From NCBI GenBank assembly GCA_043747615.1, contig JAYTOU010000067.1, positions 1 through 29,825 on the forward strand: a DNA stretch of 29,825 nt. Reading direction: 5' to 3'. Position 1 is the first letter of the stretch, and the number at the start of each line of letters is the position of its first letter. This DNA comes from Myxococcales bacterium (GTDB lineage: Bacteria; Myxococcota_A; Polyangia; Polyangiales; Polyangiaceae). Made by a program: the position numbers and the translations under genes. Positions 1 through 9,000 of the stretch are shown piece after piece. The notes beneath the pieces were generated by a model. It was not told the DNA's origin and did not search any database. It saw only the letters and a program-made list of their open reading frames with translations.

Positions 1-3000
1 CTTTTCGTAGATGTCGCGCAAGCGATCCCGGACGCTGACGCTCATCGGATCATCGCGAAGCGCGCGTTCGAGGCCTGCGCGTGCATTTGCGAGCATGCCG
101 GCTTTCTCACAGACCTCGGCAAGCTTCATCGCCGTATCCGCGAGCTCATTTCCTTCTTCGAGCCGGACCAGACGCTCGAGAGCCGCGATCGCCCCCTCCC
201 AGTGTTCGAGTGAAACCTCGAGCTGGCTGAGGGTGCGAAGGGCCTCACGATTGTCCCGGTCACGCGTGAGCAGATCGCTCAGGTGCGCGCGCGCAGCCTC
301 GGCGCGGCCAGTCTTCAAGAGGAGCCCGGCAATGCGCAGGACGATCGCGCCTTCCTTCGCGATCTCACCCTGTGCGGCTGCGTCTTCACGAAGGCGTTCG
401 AGCTGTGTGGTGAGCTGGTCGACGTGGTTCTTGGGATCGAGCGCGTAAGCCCGCTCGAGATCGTAGAGCGCTCCGCCGTGGTCCCCGAGCTTCGCGCGAA
501 GCCCTGCGCGTTGCGAGAGCAGAGGCGCTCGCTCCGGATCGTTCTCCGACAGGTTCGCCGCCGCCGCCGTGAGCTCCGCCGCCGCCCCCTGAAAATTCCC
601 GGCTTCGGTGAGGCTCGCCACGAGCTCCATGAAGAGCTCACGGTCTGCCGGCGCGGCGGCTCGCGCTTCACGAAGGAGTGTCGCCGCTCGCTCGGGGGCT
701 TTGAGCTCGATGCGGAAAAGTTTCGCCGCCTCACGGAGGAGCTCCGCGCGCTCGCGTCCACCCTCACGCGTGGAGGCATCGAGCACCTGCACCTCGGCGA
801 GCTTGGCCCAGTCGGCGCGCTCGGCGTAAAGAGTCATCAAGCGATCACGGAGCTGCGTGCTCCCCGGAAATGCCTTGAACCCGGCGGCAACCGCGCGCTC
901 GGCACCTTCGGTGTCCCACGCTTCTTCGCGCATGACAGAGAGATCGAGGGCGAGCTTTTCCGCTTCCACCCCCGTTGCGTGCGGAAGCAAACGCTCCATC
1001 ACCTCACCGCGATCCGTTGCGTCGCCGTGCACCATGAGGAGCGCCAGGAGCGCCTGCAAGAGCGGCACGTTGTTCGCGTCCCAATCGAGCCCGCCGCGGT
1101 ACACCTCGATCGCCCCCGCGGGATCGCGCTTCTCGAGGATCGCCCCGAGCCGCGCAGTCAGGGAGGCAACGCGCTTGGCGTCCTCCCGATCCTTCGCAGC
1201 GTCGAGCTGCTTCGTGAGAAGCGTCGCGAGCTCGGCTTCATCCCCTTTTCGATAGAGGATCGCCGTGAGCATGTTGGCCGCTTCCTCCTGGGTCGGATCA
1301 TCGTCGATGATCGTCCTCAGCTCGGATGCACCTTCGTCGCTGGTGCTATCGCCTTCGAGGAGGAGACGTGCGCGCTCGAGGCGAAGACGGACGCGTTCGC
1401 CATCGTCGTCCATCGCGGCGATGACCGTCACCAACAGCCCCGCCAACCGCTCGGTCTCCCCGGTCTGGCGGTAGAGGCCTAGGAGCGGCTCCCACGCTGC
1501 GCGATCGGTCGAGTCTTCCTCGAGCAGCTCTCCGAACATGCTCGCCGCGAGCCGAGGATCGGCGAGCTTCTCCGATGCGTCGCGCGCGATGTCGAAACGA
1601 ATCTTTCGCGAGGCGTCTGGCTCCGCGAAGTCCGCCGCCTCTCGGCGAATGGTCAAAGCCTCTCGCACGTCGCCCTTCGCTTCCACGATCTCGGCGAGGG
1701 CCATGAGCGCCCATTCGGCGTGCGCACGCTCTTCTGGATCCGCGCGGAAGACGAGCACGTATTTCCTGAGAAGAGCTTCTGCGGTGTCACGCTCGCCGAG
1801 CTTGACGGCGAGGGTGACCGCCTCACGAAGCGCCGCGGTTGCGGGAGCGGGAAGCTCGGCTCGCCGGCGAAGAGCGTCGAGCAATGCAAACGCGCTGTTC
1901 GCCTTGCGAGCCACGCGCTCGTAGAAGGCGAGCACGTCGTCGTTCGTCTGATGGGCATCCGCCGCGCGTCGCAAGAGATCCGTAGCCTGCTCGCTCGTGG
2001 AATCGAGATCGAGCGCCTCGGCGATGAGATCGCACGTCACCCTGATTTTTTCAGGTGAATCGAGTCGGAGCGCGGCCAGGCGGAGGAGCGCGTCGGCGAC
2101 TTGTTTCGCGTTGGCCGGCATTGCCTTCTTCTCGAGCTCGACCAGCTCGACCAAGATGCGCTCCTGACCTTCACGGTTTCCTTGGCGCTCGTAGACCCGC
2201 TCTAGCGACCGTAGGAGATCGCCCGACTGCGGACCGAGCCGCTCCGCTCGCTCGAAGAAAGACGCGGCGCGCGCGAAATCTTCTGTCTCGTTTTCGTAGA
2301 TGTCGCCAAGGCGCATGTAGATCTCGCGCCCGAGCGCGCTGTCTTCATCCGTCTCGGCCTTCGCTCCAAGCTCGGTGAGGGTCGACGCGTAGCGAGGCAC
2401 GGCGTGGGTCCGCCTCGCGAGAGTGAGCATCGATGCGTGTGCGGCCGGGGACGCCGGAGAGATGCCCACGGCGCGGAGGCCAGCCGCGAACGCCTCTTCG
2501 TCGCGCCCGAGGCGATTTCCAAGCACGTCCGCCAGCTCGAAGAGCACCTCGGCGGCCTTGGGAGAATTGTCTTCGCGAGCGAGCCTGAGCTCAAGGGCAC
2601 GCACTAGGGTCTCGTACGAGCTTCGCTCTCGCAGCGCGTTTTCTAGTCGAAGGGCTTCCACCGGATGATTCGCTGCCGCCTCGAGAGCGGACTCGAGGAT
2701 CTCGCTCGCGCGCTCGCTTTCGCCCTGGCGTTTGGCGATTTCGCTGAGCTCGAGGAGAACCTCGCTTCGAACCACGGGGGCGGCAGGATCGGGATCATCC
2801 TGGCGACGAACCACTGCAAGCAGCGCTCGGTACGATCGCTCCGCGCGTTCGAGCTGTCCGTCGTCTCGTGCGAGCTCAGCCAGAGCCCGCAAGATCTCGG
2901 CGTTTGCCGGATCAATTCGGGTGGCCGCTTCGAGCTCTCCCATGGCCTGTGCGCGATCGCCCGTCGTGAGGGCGAGGCGAGCGAGGTGGTAGTGCACCGG

Positions 3001-6000
3001 CGCGCGCTCCTTCGGACGACGTCCCCCGAATCCGTCGACGAGAGTACGCAAGAGCGCAAGTGCTTCGGGCACTCGCCCCGCCGCGCCCAGCGTGTCGGCG
3101 AGTACGAGGCGGATGTTGCGATCCTCGGGCTCGACGATGGACGCCTGCTCGAGAAGGGGCACGGCCGATGCCGGATCGCCGCACTGTGTTTGATAGAGCT
3201 CGGCGGCTTCGCGGAGGCGCGCGAGCTTGAGAATTCTGTCGGTCGTGTTCGCCGCACCGCTCGCGAGCAGCGACGCTAAAGGCAAAAATTCGCTCGTCCG
3301 GCGGTAGATCTCGGCGAGCTTGGCCCGGATCGATTCGGCCGCCGGATCGATGGAAATGGCTTCTTCCAGGCGAGCTCGCGCGAGATCTTCTCGCCCCGCT
3401 TTGAGCAGAGCCTCCGACAAACGGAGGGTGACCTCGGCACGCTCCTCGACGGGAACACACTCCCGGAGCTGCGTCAGGTGCTCCGCGGTAGCAACGAAAT
3501 CCTGTCTGGCCGCAGAGAGACGGGCGAGTGCGTCGAAGGAGCCGGCGACCGGCGTGAGCGCCACGACCCGTGCGTGGTAGGTGATCGCTGCGTCGGCATC
3601 CTTGAGTCGCTCCTCGGCGACCTGCGCGGCCTGCGCCCAGAAATGCGCTGCTCGGCCGGAATCCTCGGCCGTCTCTGCGAGCGCGGCTTGGTCTGCCAAG
3701 AGTGCGGCGAGCTCCGCGTGACGATCGTGGTAGATGCCCACGAGCTCGGTCACGGTCTCCGCGTCTCGCGGGTCCTCTCGGAGGTTCGCGAGCAGCGTGC
3801 GGACTGCGTCTTCGAGCTTTCCGAGGGTCACCTGGAGCCGCGCCGACTGCAGACGGAGCGCCACCCGCGTTGCAGGGTGAGTGACGATCTCGATTTGCCT
3901 CTCGCGTAAGGCGAGGAGATCGTCATTGCGCGAGAGCGACGTATAGAGCGAAATCAGCTGCGCCGACGCTTCATCGTCGCTCGTGTTTTCGTCGAAGAGC
4001 CCTTGATACAACTGGATCGCGCGGTCGGCATCGCTCAGGCGATCGACCGCGACCCGCGCAGCCTGATGCCGCATCGCGCGACTGGACTGCTCGTCGAAGG
4101 GCAGGCGCGACGCCTCCACGAGAAGGTCTACGATCCGCTCGGCATCGCCTTCTTCGTTGTGGATGCGGGTGAGCTCGGCGATGGCCCAGCGCACGTAGGC
4201 GTCTGCCGGAGCGGGCGTGCCCGAGGTCACGTCGGTGGGGGCCTCGCGACCGAGCCAACGCTCCGTCGCAAGCTTCATCAGGCGCTCGAGGATCGATTTC
4301 GCGAGCCCGCGATCGACGACCGCGCTCGTGGCGATCTCTGCCGCTTCCTTGAGCAGATCGAGATCTCCGCCCGTCGCTTGGGACAAACGAAGAAGGCTGT
4401 CGACGAGCGGGCGCCCTTTGGCCCTTCGCTGCAGCTGAGCGAGCGCACCCAAGATGTCGGCGTTGAGGCTGTCGTGGGCGAGCGCGCGCATGAAGGCGGC
4501 TTCCGCTGCGTCGGGATCCCCGCGTCGATCGCGATGCCAGGCCGCGATGCGCGACTCCAGATCCCTCGCAATTTTTAGCGGAAGATCAGGCCTTTCGGAG
4601 ATGGCCGCCGCGAATGCTCCCGTGACGCCGTCCCATGCGCTCGGGCTCGTCGCCACCATCTCCACGGTGCCAAAGAGCGACTCCTCGAGGCGGTTCGTCG
4701 CCATTGCGTATTGAACGACGACCTTGGCGGCCGCGTCCCAGCGCATGTTCGGGCCAGCCACGCGCACCGCCGCGCAGCACGCCGAGAGATCGTCCGGAAC
4801 ATCCGATACCGCTCGAAGATAGGCCATGAGAGCGCCTCGCGGATCGTCAAGGCGCTCGAGCACTTCACCGAGCCTCACGCGGAGGAGCGCGAGGAGGACC
4901 GGATCCCGTGGGTCGGCCGCGTCGAGGGCGTCGATGGCTCTGCGATGAGTGTCCGCGAACGTTCGCCAATCATCCGTGAGCTCAGCCAAACGATAAAAGT
5001 TCGACTCCAACGCAGTGTCGCTCGGATCGAGGAGGAATGCTCGTCGGATGGCATCGAATGCCGCCCCGTAGTCTTTGCCGCGGCTCTCGGCGAGCTCCGC
5101 CGTTTCGCGAAGCACCGCGGTGCGTGCAGCGTCATCGGACGCGGCCGTCAAACGATGTTCGGTGAGATCGAGGATCGCCCGCCAGCCGTCCGTGCTCGCG
5201 TACGTCGTGAGAAGCACCTGCACCGCCGAAGCGCGATGCGCGTCGCCTTCCAAGAGAGCGTGCAAGCCTTCGATCGCGCCTTCCTCCGTCGGGTCTGCCG
5301 CGAGGGCTCCTTCGTAGCTGCGGATCGCTCCCTCCGCGTCGTGCAGCCGTTCACGGCGGACGTCGCCGAGCTGCCTCATCAACGTCGCCTTGGGGTCCGG
5401 TGAATCGGCCGTCTTCGCAGCGCTCTCCAAGAGCTCCGAGAGCTCCTGCCAGCGCGAGGTCGACTTAAGGAGACCAGCGAGGGCGCGGGTGCTTTCATCG
5501 CTCGGCCCGAAGGCTTTTGACGTATCCGTCCAAGCCAGAATCGCCGCCTCCGGATCAGCGAGCTGCTCGCTGTGAATACGTGCAATGCGCACGCGGTCCG
5601 CTCGCTGCTTCTCGGGGTCCGCGAGTTCCTGGGTGGCTCTTCTTCCGAGCGCACCGATGAGCGCTTTCCAGCGCTCGCCTTGCTCGAGCAGCTCGACGAG
5701 ACCATCGAGCGCTTCGCCGTCCGACTCGCCATCGCTAAGGCGTGCTTCCCATGCTCCGATCGCGCGATCGTGCTCGCCGAGCTCCGCTGCTAAACGGGCT
5801 GCCGTTCCGAGGGCTCGCTTTCGGGCAGCCGGATCTTCTTCCAGGTCGCTAATTCGTTCAAGGACGGTGAGGCGCTCACGCGTTCTGCCCGCGGCAAGAA
5901 GGAGCGGCTCGACACGACGTGAGGCTGCGAGCTGCGCATCCGCATCTGCGCCCGAGATCGCCAGGATCCGTAAATACAGCTCGATCGCGCGGGTCGCGTC

Positions 6001-9000
6001 GTTGAGCTTTTCTTCGTGCACCGTCGCGGCCTGCATCAAGAGATCGATGCGGAGGGCCTCGTCGGTGCAGTCCTCGGCGGCCGTCGAGAGCACCTCGGCA
6101 AGACGATCGAAGCGTCCGATCCGCTCCGCCAGCGTTGCGAGCGCCGTGCGATGCGCCACCACGTCGGTCTCCAAGGTAACGAGGGACACGTAGTGCTCGA
6201 GCGCCTGCAGGTCGTTCCCGAGCTTCACGTGGAGGCCAGCGATCCTCACGTGTCGCCGGATTCGCTCCTTGACGTTCTTGATGGCCTCGAGCTCGACCTC
6301 AAGCACCTTGGTCAGCTCTGCGTCGTTTCCGGTCTCGATGTAGTGCTCTTTGAGGAGCGCTGCAGCGCGCTGGCGTACCGGGACGCGCTTGGCTCTCGCT
6401 CGCGGCGTTGGCGAGTCGCCCACCGGAGGCGGCATCATCGATTCGCGCATCTCGACGCCTACGGGAGCCGCGACGAGGATCTTCTGGAGAAGCTCGACGA
6501 CCTGAAGACGCGGTCGCGAAGTGGCGTCGCCCAGGGAGCTGAGGGAAGGTTGCTCGCTCGGATCCAGCGCGAGAATTTCCTCGACCACTGCAAGGGATGC
6601 CGCCGGATCATTGAGCTCCGTCAAGGCGAGCTCGGCGATGCGCGCCCGGGTCTCTCGCGCCTCCTTGGGTTGCATCGCAGCAAGCTGCGACGTGAGGAGC
6701 GCCATGAGCTCGCGATGCCGACCCTGGCGCTCGTAGAGTCGCTCGAGCGAAGAGATGATCCGCGCATTTTTTGGGCGCAACACCAGAAGCTGCTCGAGAT
6801 ATCCGATGGCCCGTTCGGAGTGGTTCGCGAAATCCTTCGCCGTCTGAGCCGCGTCCTCCAGGAGCTCGGCGCGCTTCTCGGGCGCAGCCGTGAGGATCGC
6901 TCGATCGTAGAGCACGAAGAGATCGTCCCACTGCTCGCGGGAGTCGAAGAGAAGCTTCAGGCGATCGAAGGCCCAGGACGCCTCCGGATCGAGCGTGAGC
7001 ACCCGTTCGAGGATCGCGATCACACGTGCGGGGTCGTCGAACCACTCTTCGTGGAACGCGACCGCTCGCTGCCCGACCTCGAGCGCGTCCTCTGATGAGA
7101 GTGGCTGACCGAGCACACGATGAAAAAGGTCGGCCACACCGCCCGGCGTCTGCAGCTCGCGCGCAAGCTCCTCGGCCCGTTCCCAGAACCGCGGGACGTC
7201 AGGAAACTCTTCGGCCGCGCGGAGGGTAGTGAGCAGCGCGGCCTCCACTTTTTTCTGCGCTCTTTGCGCTTCGATCAGCTGTTCGAACCACTCCCGTCGC
7301 GAGGTCACGCCCTCGTTTGGAGTCTCGATGAGAGCGGCGAACACCGTGGCCCGCACCTCGGGCTCCTTCACCCGTCCGCACGCGCGCTCCAGGACTTGCA
7401 TCGCTGCGCCTGCCATCGCGGGCACCCGCAGGAGGCGCGCCGCGAGAGCGAGAGCGTCGAGGTCGTCGGGCGCTTCCTCGAGGAGCGCAGCGAGGCTCTT
7501 CAACGCGTCGTCGAGCTCCGCGTTCTGATCGATGAGGATACTGGCGATTTCCAGATCGAGAGCGCGCCGCGCCGCACCGTCGCTCCGGTCGCGGCGTTCG
7601 ACGAGCGCGGCGATGGCTCCTTCCACATCGCCTGAAGCAAGCGTGAGGCGCGCGACCGCGGACGCCGCTTCCACGTTCTCGGCGTCGCTCTCGAGGACCA
7701 TGCGATGTACTTCGAGGGCACGCGCCACGTCGGCAAACACGGACTCCTCCGCTCGCGCCCACGCGAGCAGGGCCTGCACGCGCTCCGACGCCTCGGTGTG
7801 CTGGGCCCGCCATGCGAGTAGCCAGCGACGATCAGCCCGCCTTGCCTCCCCGGCATCGCTCGACTCGAGCAACCGGTCGAACGAAGCAAACGCTGCGTTT
7901 CGCCGGGTAGAATCAGCCGATGGATCTTCGAGAAGCGCGCGGTACGTCGCCGCGGCGTCGTCGTGACGATTGGGATCTTTGGAAAGTACACGCGCTTTTG
8001 CCAGCCGAAGATCCGTGAGCGCCCCGGCGTCGGCACCTTCGGCAGCCGCATCCACCGCGTGACCGAACGCCGTCGTCGCCCCGGCCATGACCGCCAGTCG
8101 CTCGTACAGCGTTAGGCTCTCCGCGGAGCGCGGATCAAGACTGAATGCGCGCGCCGCCGCGTCGGTCGCTGCCGAGACGTCCCCCAGACGATCGGCGAGC
8201 ACCGCGGCCATGCGCCGGAGCGTCGCGCAACGCTCGGCGGTCGTGGCGGCACCATCCACCAGAACGGCGTAGAGCTCGGGGAGCGCACTCCATTTTTCTT
8301 GCTTCTCTAGCAGCGCAGCGAGCCGTTCGGCGGCCTCGGCATCGAGCGGAGAGATCTTGCGCACCCGTTCATAGAGGCGGCGTGCGGCGTCGAAGTCGTT
8401 CGACTCTTCGGCCAGCAGGGAGGCCCGCTTCCAGGTGCGCATCGCCTCCGTCGGATTTTGCTGGAGGTCTTTCTGCATGACGCCGAGCTTCTCGAGCGCG
8501 GCCACGGCGTCACCAGGGTCGCCCACGGACTGCGCACGTCGCTCGAGCGCCGCGCAGATCAACTCGGCATCCCCCGTTAAATTCGCCACCTTCTCCACGG
8601 CGTCGAGATCCTCAGCGCTGAGATCTGCATCTCCTAGGAGGGCGTGCCCGTGCAGAATAGCGCGAGGCATTCGCCCATGGCGCGCAGCAACCACGGCCAG
8701 CTCGGCTTGCAACCGCCGCCGGTCAGAGCCAGTCAGCCGATCCAATTCGGCGTCCTGGTGATTCATCAGATCATCCCAGTTTTCGGCCTCGGTATAAAGC
8801 TCCACGAGAGCTGCGTAGGCGTCGCGATCGTTGGCGTCGGCTTCCAGCGCAGAGCGATACGACGTTATGGCCGCTGATCGATCGCCTAGCTCGTGCCGCT
8901 CGATGGCGCCGATCGAGTGATAGAGGCGCCGTCTCTTCGTGGGGTCTCCCTCGCGCTCGAGCGCCGAGCGGTAGAGGGCGACGCGATCCTGCGGGTTGCC

